Source: Enoplolaimus lenunculus (Eukaryota). Taken from it: DNA of 64,000 nt. Position 1 is the first letter of the stretch. Each line of letters opens with the position of its first letter. Below the pieces are notes generated by a model. It ran no database searches, had not been told where the DNA came from, and saw only the letters and a program-made list of their open reading frames with translations. Location: contig JASANG010003525.1 in the NCBI GenBank assembly GCA_030248215.1, forward strand, positions 310,001 through 374,000. Direction: 5' to 3'. The translations under genes and the position numbers were made by a program. This document shows, piece by piece, positions 28,844 through 41,036 of this stretch.

Positions 28844-29075
28844 AGCCTATCTCACTGCAGCTGGTTAATGAACATAATTTTAATTTTGAACCAATCAGAA
28901 ATAGCCTATCACTGCAGCTGGTCAATGAACATAATTTTAATTTTGAACCAATCAGAAACAGCCTATCACTGCAGCTGGTCAATGAACATAATTTTAATTT
29001 TGAACCAATCAGAAATAGCCTATCACTGCAGCTGGTCAATGGACATAATTTTAATTTTGAACCAATCAGAAATAA
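28844..29075. repeat. 57-bp tandem repeat, 4 units
   Basis: AGCCTATCACTGCAGCTGGTCAATGAACATAATTTTAATTTTGAACCAATCAGAAAT; unit starts include 28903 and 28960. Confidence 0.95.
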
Positions 29076-29522
29076 CTATATCTATACATAACATAAAATT
29101 GGAAAGTTTACTTATTTTTGAGTATTAATTTTAGGAATTTGTAGTTTTTTCAGTATTAAAAATGTAACATTGAAAATTGTGATCGATGCGATCAAAGGTA
29201 AAAATTTTCTCTTTCGTTCACTCAATTTCCTATAAATTGGAAACGGCCAATATTGTGACCCGGCCGTTAAATACACACGCGTATTACAGGCAGGCTTTGA
29301 GACGTCAAAATGCCTGTGGTTTCGGAATAAAAACGAAACGTTTTTACGCTGATTTAAATTTTGGGCACGAATTTGTGATTGTGAAATTTTACAATTGACT
29401 TTTTTATTGTTAAAATCAAATGATTTTGTGATATTTGAGTGTTGCAAAAAATATGTTGTTTTATAACATGTTCCGTAGCGATATATATGTTGTTCAAATA
29501 TGATCAATAATTGAGCTATCTA

Positions 29523-29960
29523 CTGTAGTGACCCGAATAATAGGGGGTGATAAGAGGGGGTCCCCATTTTGAGCCCCAATCAATAGGCGTCCGTATCGCT
29601 AATAAGTGACTGTAAGCGGATATAGTCCCTAAATCGTGATTAGAGTCCATAAATGTCAATTATCCCAATAGTAGTGTATAAATGACTCCAGGACCAAAAA
29701 AGTTGAGTTCGAAAATTTAAAGTGTACTTAAGTTTTGAAAGTACATTCCTAAGTATAACCTTGCATAATCGCTCAAGCTATTGACACAAGACAAATAAAC
29801 GTTTAATTCAACGGATAACTGCAGTACCGGATACACACCAGTAACGAAGAGTGGCGGAGCGTGTGTTAAAAATAAATAACGGTCCGTAACCGAATAACGG
29901 GGGGTACCCTCTGGAGAGGCCAAATAAATATCAGTCCCCCTCTTATTCGGGCCACTACAG
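29523..29960. mobile_element. TA-flanked MITE (Tc1/mariner-like); other copies ~12305-12713, ~26070-26454, partial ~21350-21560 and ~20176
   Basis: TIR CTGTAGTG(A/G)CCCGAATAA.AGGGG with TA on both sides. The body matches 12305-12713 in inverted orientation. Confidence 0.78.
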
Positions 29961-31858
29961 TAGACATTTTGTACGCCGGCCCGGCAGCTAGTTCGCCTTG
30001 CTTGGGGGGACTAGAAATTTACCAATAGGGGCATACAACGGTTTTCGATGACTTACGAGCAAGACTGAAAATTTTATAACAGGGTCAAAATTCTTCTAGG
30101 GTGGGTGAGCCCCCTGGTCCCCTTTGGCTACGGGCCCGTTGATACAGCTATGCCGGAAGCAAATCATGATCTAAACATAAGAGGATGCACCAGCGTCGGA
30201 GTACGCGGAAGAGGGGACTTTTCCAGTGACACCATTCCAAAAATGATTATTTCAGTAAACATCGAAAAAGATGGAATGGTAAAACAAAACATTGCCGTGG
30301 GAGCCCCTATTTGCGGTGGGCCTCGCGAGATAGCGTAAAGGGGGGGCTACTCTGGTCTGGGGAGTATACAAGTAATCTTAGTATAAGGAATGGCGGGGTC
30401 ACGATATGGTTTGGTTACTTTAGTTATTGGGCTATGGAAGGATAAAAACAATCGGTTTGATGTCATACCAGATCAATCGAATTTGGTATTAAATTTCAGC
30501 GGCATCGTAAGTGTCGTGAGTCTGTAAGAGTTGTCAAAAATGATACTCACAGAAATTACTGACAAATCTTGAGTCGAACATAGCAAGACCAAATTTGTTA
30601 ATATACCAAGACTGGATGATCACTGTAACAAAAGCGAGCAACTGCCGAAAATTTGTGTGGTACAAAATGTACCACCGGGCGTCGTTGCATTTTTGGCGAG
30701 CCCCCCTTATTTAGAGAGGGGAGTTGATGTTTGAAACGCAGAATACGCATGATTTTAAAGTTGACAACCGGAGTTTAGTTTACGACTGCAACAATTCAGG
30801 GTGTGAAATTGAAAAAATCGTTAAGCTTAACCCCGCCCACCCACCAAATAAAGGGGGTAGGCTAAAAACTCAACGCGTGCTGATACCTGGCGTAAATTAA
30901 AAATATCCAGCACACGGGTGTAAACGTTTCTCGTCCAAACTTAGAATCATTGGTATTATGCTCTCAAATCAAGAACACTTGAAATTGACGCGACGAAAGC
31001 CACAATAATGACAATGACGCCCATGAAAATTTATTTTTCCGCATAATTTTCAAATATGTATATTTTCTGCAAAAATCACAATTTTTCACGCAGAAGTTTG
31101 AAAAAATCGCCATTCACTCGACAAATTTTTGGACAACCTATCAATCCAATGTGAGGTTTCGGTGGCATGTGCCCCGCTACACCCTTTTCAGCACGCCTAT
31201 GTATTGTTTGTTGTCGCCATTCTTGGGGTAAATTAAGCGGCACGTCAACTCGGCACCCGAGTCGTTAGCTCAAAGTGCTCCATGACTGTTGCAGCTGCAA
31301 ACACTGCATCAACTCGGAATCACAGACAGGTTTTTCTAATGCTGCCATCTCACCATTTGCCACGATAGTAACCTTAAGTGACCAGCTTTACCAGATAAGA
31401 TCAGTATACTCGTCTATCGATCCTAAACACATGTTTATTAACACAAAGATACAATCGATGTTTCGGCCATGGACACGACCCTGGCACCCTTGCCTTCTCT
31501 AAACAATCATCAATGAGATTATAGTGCAAATTTTCGATTGCTCGGACTACGGCATAATAATATCATAGCCAACCGATTTCCGATTTAGCAATATTATAGA
31601 ACAAATTTCGCACGGCTATTTTCAGTACTGAAACGGTAATATATTACACAGCATGCACTCGCACTCGACACACCAGACATTGAAAAAATTGCATCAAAAT
31701 ACAGGTTAAAAAACTCAATTTTCATATAATTATTATCCTTAATTTCAGTCAAATCTCTATTTTAAAGCGAACGGCATTTTGAGTCGCGTTGCGGCAAACA
31801 TGCAATTAATATTCGTAAAAAGTGGAAAATTGTAGCGGAAAAAAGAAAACATCATTTT

Positions 31859-31863
31859 ATACA

Positions 31864-31901
<38 letters not shown>

Positions 31902-31986
31902 GTATATATTTAAATACATATATATGGATATATTATATATATAATATATATTTATACACATATATATGGCTATATTACATATATAT
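31859..31986. repeat. (TACA)n followed by (TA)-rich microsatellite
   Basis: Direct reading. Confidence 0.85.
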
Positions 31987-33096
31987 AGGATAATAGACAG
32001 AGATGTAATAAATAAATAGTATCGTACCATTGTGTGTGGCTCAAAAATTTAAATCAATCGAAATATTAATAACAAAAAGACCTTGAACAGTTAAATTTTT
32101 ATTCGCCGCTTCGTCGGCCGGTGATCGTCTCTCTGTCGTTCAATCTATTTCGCATGTGCGTGTAGATGGATGTTGTGTATTGGTGCGACCTCGTACAAGA
32201 ATATAAAATTACCCAAAATGCTATCAAAATTACTGTAAGTCATGTATACGCACTATACTTCCATGCATTATACATTGTATATAAAGATATATACATATTA
32301 TGGATTAGAAGTGCAGTAATGGCAACCACTTCACATTTTTCAAACCAAAAATTTTTCAATTAAGATTTAATGCTACTCTCTAAATGCTTAAACTAACTTG
32401 ATTTAAGCTTAAGGTAATCCAGCAGTATTAAACTTACTTTGTAGATTAACTAAAGTAACAGGTAGGTTTACGCTTAAACTCATTGCAAATCTTACATCTT
32501 TTTAGTTTAAGCTAAACTTAACAAACTCTTAAATACACGTAATTTGTGAGCTGCACTCATTACTTAAACTAAAAATAAGTTATTTATATAAACTCATGTT
32601 AAACTTAAAAACATGTTAGTTTAAGTAAAACTTAAAATTCCAGTTTCGTTAGTCCGTCCAGCCATTTAACTTTTAGTAAAACTAATATTCAAGTTTAGTT
32701 AAGCTATAATATAAGTTTAAATTTTTAGACAGTACAACTGCGTTCGGTGTTTGTTCGCTTCGCTTGCGATGTTTCTTCCGCAGTCATATATGTTTTTGTC
32801 ACTGTTTTGGGCTAATGTTACTTTTAGGTTGCGTCATTGTTTTCCTGATGCCCAGTAAAATTGATTAAACTTAGGTTTTGGAAACGGATTCAGGTTTCTA
32901 CGCTTAAGCCAATTTTACTACCCTAACAACAATATTGGCACAAAGAGTATAATTATAACAAGAATCACATAAAACAGGCAATGGAGACGGGGTAAAACAA
33001 ACATACGAGTGAATTCGGCGGCCCATGTATAGATGATAGCAAGCATATTGCTAAGTCCAAACCTAAGCCTAAGGAAAAGGCCTAAACTGAGTATGT

Positions 33097-33174
33097 AATA
33101 ATAATAATAATAACAATAATAATAATAATAATAATAACAGTATTAATAATATAAGAATAATAGTAATAATAATA
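33097..33174. repeat. (AAT)n microsatellite
   Basis: Direct reading. Confidence 0.9.
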
Positions 33175-33586
33175 CAAGGTCCATTACGATTAGTTATATT
33201 AACATCTGTCTACTATTGCAGCAATAATTTATTGCCTTAGATGCGTTTTGAAAGTTGTGTTTAAATTGCAGTGTTACGCTACTACGCATGGGGCTGTTTC
33301 GCGAACGCTGCGTTATTTTTGATTCGATATAAGAGACAAAAGAAATGAAATGCTGTTTGAGACGAGAGAGGCAACTAGCGAGAAACGGACGTTGTATAAC
33401 GGAAAAAGTGTAAAACTTTGAGCGGAGCGGAGGTAAATCGTTAAGGAATCTTGGCGATTCAACGTTCGAAACTTGTGCTTATAATTTACAAGGAAATTTA
33501 CCAGAGATGCAGGAACAATTCTGGTCTATCGGATTCAAATATAAAGTGTGCAACCAGCCCTAAACAGGAGCGATCATCAAAGCCGT

Positions 33587-33784
33587 GGCGCATGTTACTT
33601 TTAAGGCCGTCCCGGATTCTGGTGGGTCTGTAAAAGAGTAGGCTTACATTCTACACATTTTTGCTTAGGCTTAAGCTTGGGCTTAGGCTTAGTAATACGC
33701 TTTTGCAACGCTTTTAGACTTAGGCTTCGGCTTAGGAAGGAATACGCTTAATCTACTGTTACGGCCCTAAACGTAACATTGGCA
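33587..33784. mobile_element. Merlin-like TTAGGC MITE (B)
   Basis: TIRs; TSD AAAGCCGT/AAAGCCGC. Confidence 0.78.
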
Positions 33785-35204
33785 AAAGCCGCTAGCGAAT
33801 CCAAAGAGTTGAACGTCAGGTAGGGGAGATTCGAAATCCTGGCGTGTGAAGTGAGCGAGAAGCTAATACAATTTTTGCATAAAATGTTTTGAATTTCACG
33901 AGGGGTATCGACTGACACCCCCAGATACCCCTATTCCCGCAAGCCTGAGTTCATACCTCAGGTAAAAATTCAATCGATGCCGGAGGCAGACTTTCGTTCG
34001 CACGAACAAAACAAAACATAAGCTAACCAAATTGCTTCAAAATACGATTGCACCGGTTAACTTTAGAACCCATTTGTTTAAGGACCGAAGTCATCACGGG
34101 CCCGAAGCCAGAGGTGAGCGGGCAAGGGACTCAGCCTCCCCTGGAAAAATTTTGTCCCTCCTAGAATACTTGATCCTTGCTTGTAAGTCAACAAAAACCC
34201 TTGTACGCCCCTCCTGAAAAATATTTAGGCATGCCTAGCACGGTGAGCTCGCTACGGGACTGAGACCGCAGAAAGAACAATTTATCGGCTTAAAGCCATC
34301 CTAAATTTTGTTCTATTAAACTTTCTGACAAGGCTCACACTTTCCACAGTAGTTTTCCAAAGATATACCAACATATATTTTCAGCAAAATATTTCTATCT
34401 GGTTATTCAGTTCTGAAACAACACAAACTTGAAGTGCAACGCTTTCCTGAAGAACTCAATCAATTTGGATCAGACTTGGTCTAAAATTTGGACAGTTTCC
34501 ACGTATTAAATTAACAGTTAATTGGTTAACTATACAAACAAATGTTGTGCGCCCGGTGTTCCTGAAACGTATGCTCACAGCCAGCTCACCGTTCTTATAG
34601 AGGCTAAAAAATTTTAAGAGGGGCATACAATTGTTTTTGATGGCTTACAACCAAGGTTGAAAATTTTCTAGGGACGATTTTTCCAACGGACCCTCCTCTT
34701 GCTACGGGTATGCTGCGGCGTCGCCGATATTATGTGCTTCTACCGAGTAAATATTTGTAAGTCCCGAAAATCCAATTCAGCTCATAAACATTACTAGAAA
34801 CTTTCAAGTATGGCAGCTTCATAGTAAACAGACCAGCAATAGCAACTCCATACGCGACAATTATACACCGAAATAACAAAAGTATAATTTTGACTAATTT
34901 TAGAGCACGAATATTTACTTTCAAAATTTAGAGCAATTTTTTCGACGAAAAATTTCTATTTAAAATTCTGATTTCGCACAGATTTGAAATAAAATTGAAA
35001 TACTTAGGTAACGGCAAATAGGAGGGTAAAGAAAATGCATTTTTAGCTGAAATATAATATATAACTGCTCATATGTATACAACTGGTTTGAAACAGCCAA
35101 GCCTTAGACATTAGGCTTAGTTTTTATGTGTCCTGATTTTGCGCAAGAACAAGGTCTATTCTATAGGTGGACCTAAATACCAACTAGAAATGGATTAATG
35201 TTAG

Positions 35205-35412
35205 GGCCCATGTAAAGATCAGGGGCGGAGAGTTTTTCTGTGGGACCACAATAGAGTAAGCTTAAGCTTAAGACTAATTTTTTGCTGGGCTTAAGCTTAG
35301 GCTCAGGCTTAGGAATATGCTCATTTTTACGCTTAGGTTTAGGCTTAGGCTTTAGGCTTAGGCTTAGGAATATGCTTATAATACTGTTCCGCTTCCGTTC
35401 TTTACATTGGTC
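35205..35412. mobile_element. Merlin-like TTAGGC MITE (A), well-preserved copy
   Basis: Perfect TSD AATGTTAG; two internal TTAGGC blocks. Confidence 0.85.
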
Positions 35413-36423
35413 AATGTTAGTAAGGCAGCGGCTATGGTAGAAATCGGTGATTGCCTACTTACAGGCGATGTTTTGCTCAAGCTTCCGGCAATTTCAGTAT
35501 CGAAAGTAGAGTCAAATTTGACTCAGTTTTTGTAGTCCAGAAAACCCTATTTCGAAGAGAGTCAATTGGACTCACTATTTTTTGCAGTGTATACGCTCTG
35601 GCAAAATTTGCACTCTTCAAACCTGGACTCGGTACGTTTCATCTTCAGTTTTTTAGTTTCCGGTAAATCCTTTGCTCTTTTCTCTAAAGGCTGTTCAACT
35701 CAACAGTTAAATTTTAAACAGAAGTGTTTTTGATACATTAATCTATAAAAGAAAACTTAAAAATTCTCAGCAAAAACGTGTTTCTACGAAATTGTTTAGC
35801 TCGTAAAATGAGTTTCAAAATTTCAAAAAAATCACTAAAAAGTCCTCAATTTCTAAACGCAGTACTTTACTGAAATTACAAAAACACTGCACTTTTCTCC
35901 TTCACATTTATATCTGGGAAATATGGCAGCTATAGCATTACGGAAAATTAAAAGGGGGAACACTGGCCCTATAAATGCCTTCGATTCCGCCTTGGCTAAA
36001 AAATTTAACCGATGACATTAAAAGATTTTCCATGTTAGCGAAATTTTTCTTGCTTTTTCTATATTTCCAAGGCATTCCCGAAGTAACAAAATTTCAGGTA
36101 GCATGGTCTTTACTCAAAGAATTTTAGAATTTTCACATCGCTCACACTAGGTATATTATATGTCTGTCTATCCTAAACACGCTATAGTGTCAACAACACT
36201 TTATTTAAAAATAAAGTACTTTGTATATTCAGAATAAGTGTATATTTTTCGTTTAAAATCGATATAAATTCTGAAAAAAGCGGTGACGGCGGGCATAGAA
36301 ATTGTATTAAATTGGACGCAGATGTAGAAATAATATTCAACCATGAACGTTTATAAATCAAAATGGTATATTAAAGTTTCACGGTAAAGGACTTTTGACC
36401 ATAAAATAATAGATGGGTACCGG

Positions 36424-36787
36424 CAGGGTACAACCGGAGGTGTGCCTCCGGCTCCGGCACAAAATCGGCCTCCGGCTCCAGTAGTATTTTTGCCGGAGAT
36501 TCTGGCAATTGCGGCAGTAAAATTTTGCATAATTTGGCAAAATTTATCTGTTTAGCGCGTTTCGTTTTGTTTTTTATCACAATTTTGAGCAAAGAATTTC
36601 CGAAATTTCGCAGAAAATTAGCGTAAAACTAAACGACATAAACAACATATTTCAGATATTGGCTAAAATTAACCAGTTAACCATCATTATCACTACCTAA
36701 TTTTGTCTCACCTCCGGCTTCACATCCGGCTCCGGCAAGTTTCGTTGACCTCCGGCTCCGGTATTTTTCACTTCCGGTTGCACCCTG
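36424..36787. mobile_element. hAT-like MITE (CAGGG termini, CCGGAG subterminal repeats); relatives at ~5538-5862, ~19246-19600, ~60440-60600, ~63610-63925
   Basis: TIR CAGGGT(A/G)CAACCGGA; perfect 8-bp TSD GGTACCGG. Confidence 0.82.
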
Positions 36788-37049
36788 GGTACCGGGTGTT
36801 TGAAACCGGATCACAAACCGAAGCTGAGGCGTAAAATGAGTTTAGACCCCAATTTTTACAATACATGACAAACATTTTAGGCACACACTAAAAATTGTCG
36901 GATGTCTAAAAAATGGCAGCAGCCTGCTGGCATAAATTTATGGGCTTGGAATTGGCAAAAATCTGCTAACAGGATTTGTAATTTTACTGTTACATTAATT
37001 TAGTAAGAAGCTGAGTACGATGTTGTATCAAGCAACATCATTAATATAT

Positions 37050-37945
37050 TATTGAGCGAAGCGAATCTCCGAGCGAAGCTCGAAGTTTCTCGAAGCGTTT
37101 TATATTTTGTACTTGGAGGTCGAAAGGTGGATGTCCGGCCGTCCGTCTGTCCGTCTGAAAAGAATTTCAAGAACGGCTGAACCGATTTTGATAAACTTTT
37201 TTTGTTTGAAAGCCAATTATCCTGGGGTGTTAACCTCGCATTGGAGTTTTAAAATTTTAAGCCGTTTATTAGCTACAGGCTAATTTATTACAGTTACAAG
37301 CAATCTAATTTTGACATGAACGGGTTTTTGGGTGCGAGAAATCTGCGTAGACTGTTTACAAACCTCAAAAACCGATAATTGAGCAGTTAGCTAATAGATA
37401 ATTTACATATTAGCATTGTTTATAAGACTAAATTAGGACCTTTTACAATATTTCACTAATTAGAAAGGTTAAAAGCAATATAATTTCAACATTAAAGGGT
37501 TTTTAGATGCGAGAAATTTGAATAAGTAGTTTAAGAACATCCAAAACCGATAATTGAATAGTTAGCTAATATACTTTGCATATTAGCTTAATTGACAAGA
37601 CAAAAATAGGACTTTTGAAATTATTTCAAAATTATTAGGGTTTACTGAAGGTTTTTGGTGCGAGGAATCTGAATAAATCGTTTACAAACCTCCAAAACGG
37701 ATAATTGAATAGTTAGTTAATAACTAATTTGCATATTAGATTATTTGACAAGGCAGAATTAGGACTTTTTAAACTATTCCAAAAATTATTAGAGTGACTG
37801 AAGGGTTTTTGGGTGCGAGGAATCTAAAGAAATTGCTTACAAACCTCCGAAACCAATAAATGAATAGTTCGCTAACAACTAATTTGCATATGATTGCTTA
37901 CGTGTTCGAGCTTCGCTCAATAAATGTAGTCCTACTACGACTGGT
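37050..37945 (+). mobile_element. Helentron-associated HINE/DINE-1-like element
   Basis: SubTIRs TTGAGCGAAGC...GCTTCGCTCAA, GTCY microsatellite (37132-37157), central tandem repeats and a 3' hairpin GTAGTCCTACTAC. Confidence 0.75.
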
Positions 37946-38137
37946 ACAGCACAGCGATCCAAAGTACAACGGATACCCGCTTCCGGTCTAAAATCACAAT
38001 TAACAAGCTCTGTTTTCAACCAAACAAATGAAGCAGTTTATTGTGCAAACGAAACAACTATAAGCTAGCATATTAGGTTGACACATAGATATCGTTTTAA
38101 AGTGGTCAAAAAATAGTAGCGCAAAAATCAAATTTCC

Positions 38138-38322
38138 GGCCAATGTTATTTAGTGGTGCAACAGTATTTGATCATAAGCCTAATTTTAAGCGTTGTGAAA
38201 ATGTGTGCCTAAGCCTAAAGCAAAAAAATGTAATACAGATTCAAACCTACTCTTTCACCTGTCAAACCTACTCTTTCATAGACCCACCAGAAGCGTGGAC
38301 GCCCCTTAAAGTCACATGGGCC
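38138..38322. mobile_element. Merlin-like MITE (B)
   Basis: Perfect TSD AAATTTCC. Confidence 0.8.
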
Positions 38323-38963
38323 AAATTTCCTTCAAACTGTCCCAAAAACATTATTTTCTTTCCAATGTCGTGTTTGATCACAGAACTATTTCCGACAAAA
38401 ACCACAACTGAAGTTATGAATTTTACACAATCATAGGTCGACAAATACCTTAACTGCAAAAATGACGTAACAAAAAAACACCAGTTGCACATGAAATGAA
38501 TCCAATTTAGCAATACATCAAAATTTGGCTCAAACATAGTCGACACAAACAGCAAGGAAACACTAGCTGACCGATGTATAGATCCGGGCCGTAAAACAGC
38601 AGCATAATGCATATGTTAAAGCCTACTCGTATAGATTAGCATATATCTAAGGCTAAGCAAAAAAAGTAGTCTAAAGCTTAAGCGTAGTACATAGTCATCT
38701 CCCGCAAAAACGGTCCGCCCTGATCTATACATGGGCCCAATATTGACGTATACGACATAACAAGTGCTTAATTAAAAGGTCAAGTGCAAAACGTGGAAAA
38801 ACGAAAAGCTAAACAGAGATAGTTTCAATATGAAATCAAAAGTTCCAAGACGTATAACTAGCGATGGATGACAGAGTGCAAAGCGGAGCTGGATCGTACC
38901 ACAATCGGCACTAGAAATTTTGTGACCGTACTGATAGTTTCTTCATTTATTGGTAAGCCAACT

Positions 38964-39842
38964 GGCCCATGTTACTTTCAGGGGCGTCCCAGTTTTCCAC
39001 GGGACAACAATAGTGCCGGAGAGCAGCGTTTATTTGTGAATACGCGATGTTTATTAAACGTGTTATTATTACTTGAGGGTTGGTTAGCAAGATCACTTAG
39101 TGCGGGGGGCTTGGGGGGCGACACCCCAACCTGCTTAGGGTCCTTCCAAATGCGGGGGGTGCATGGGGACGGCAACCCCCCTGACAAAATCAATCTCGAC
39201 AAAAATATTGCTGCCCCGTTTTCCGTTTTTTCTGAGAAATATATAGCTCTCCCGGGGGGTGCAGTGGGGCTGCAGCCCCCCTGATAAAATCAATCTCAAC
39301 AAAAACCTCTACACGTGTTTTGAACGAAAAAATTTGCAGTTGTATAAAAGGTATTAAAATGCAGTGATATACAAGTCAGCTGTGGCTGCCTAGGCCGCAG
39401 GTGTACAGAGGGAGCGACAGGTGGTGCATCCCTAACTACGAAAATCTGTTCCCGAAATTAGCCTGTCCAAATTTCCCAGCGAAATTTTGCAGATGTCCCG
39501 TTTTCCATTTGCCGAAACATGCCTGTCCCATTGTCCTGCTTTCCCAACGAAAATTTGCAGCTGTTCCGTTTTCCATTTGCATGAAAAACCCCGTCCCCTT
39601 TTCCCAGCGAAAAACTGAGCTGTCCTTTTTTCAATTTGTCCAAAACAGGCCTGTCCCATTGTCCGGTTTTCCCAGCGAAAATTTGCAGCTGTCCCGCATT
39701 CCCATTTGCCCGAAACAGACCTGTCCCATTTTCCCATCTGCCCGTAATGCTGTCACCAGGGGTATATGAATTTGCTCCTACTACACTCCTGTTTCTTTTT
39801 GTGCCGCGCGAATACGGTACACCCCTGAAAGTAACATTGGCC
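38964..39842. mobile_element. 879-bp non-autonomous element with subfamily-B TIRs and internal tandem repeats
   Basis: GGCCCATGTTACTTTCAGGGG...CCCCTGAAAGTAACATTGGCC; TSD AGCCAACT/AGCTAACT; degenerate repeats at 39440-39740. Confidence 0.82.
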
Positions 39843-41036
39843 AGCTAACTCGTGAGAGCAATTTAACAGATAAATGATACAGAAATTTATGCAACGTATT
39901 ACAAATAATATTAGAATTAAAATTTTAAAATTCCGATTCCGATTGATTGTGCACTCAGAATCGACTATCGTTTGGAATCGGAATCGAAATTCCGGTTGTA
40001 CCCTGATGGGTGACACAAACATTCGAAGATCAACAACCTAATGATTTAACACTAGCAGCGGCACAAAAAAATGAAACAACAATTACCTGGAATTAAGTAA
40101 CAATTAAAAAAGCTATCAAAGCGGTAACTTTAACGTCACATAATAACATGACAAAAATAATAGCAAACACTAAACAAAATAATGAGCAAAAACAACCCAA
40201 CAGCAGCGATCGGGAATGGGCGAAAAGCTTAGTTGAAAAGCTTACGAGGAAGCGAATAGTCTTCGACCGCATTAAACTTCTGATACGATTTTTCAAACTT
40301 TTCTAAAATGAGCTTAAAAACTTGCTGACATCATAAAAATAAAGACAGGATGTTTTCATGTTTATATACGGCACCAAGACATCTCAGCCTCTAATCATTC
40401 TAATTGGTGTCCGTTAGTATTGCATTTTCAAAAATAATTGTTTACAGATATGCACCAAAGCTGGCCCATCAATACTGGTTCAACAACAATTATGACAATA
40501 TCTCATAAAGCGTTACCATAGAATGGAATGGAGTAACAATAAAAAGTGCAACAAAAACATATTGCGCAAAATGCAAGTTTTCCGTACTGAACAACTAGAA
40601 ATCAATCCGTAATTAGCAACGCGAGACTGTGAGTACAGCGAAATTATTTATTTCGACCGGGTGTAAACCAGATGGAACTTTAGCATAAAGTGAAACTGCA
40701 GGATCTGACAGTATTACAAACACTTAGCCTCTATGAGTACACTTATTTCTTATTTCAAATGCATGATTTTTTGTGCACCAATTGGAATAAATTGTGTGCA
40801 GCCGAAGGCAAAAACTCAACTTTCAAATTTGTAAACAAAGCATATTATAAATTTGTCGAGTAAACGTAAAACCAAAATAAGTATTAATACTCACGTTTAA
40901 ACTTGGATTTAAATCCCTAAAACAACTTGCATTAAACGGAACAGCGGCGTTAAAATATTAGCATAATTTGGGTATAATTAACTAAATTTCTAGCATGCAC
41001 CATTCCTTTCGAAACCACAATCAATCAACATCTTGA

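Noticed and set aside
31200..31500. Exon-like minus-strand segments (also ~22060-22280)
   Set aside because: Plausible acceptors but stop codons and no recognisable protein; at most UTR exons.
35280..35370. True telomere or chromosome-break site at TTAGGC runs
   Set aside because: Runs are short, degenerate and enclosed by TIRs and TSDs.
38868..39848. Overlapping ORFs of 70-138 aa
   Set aside because: They arise from repeats inside a non-autonomous element, with no transposase motifs.
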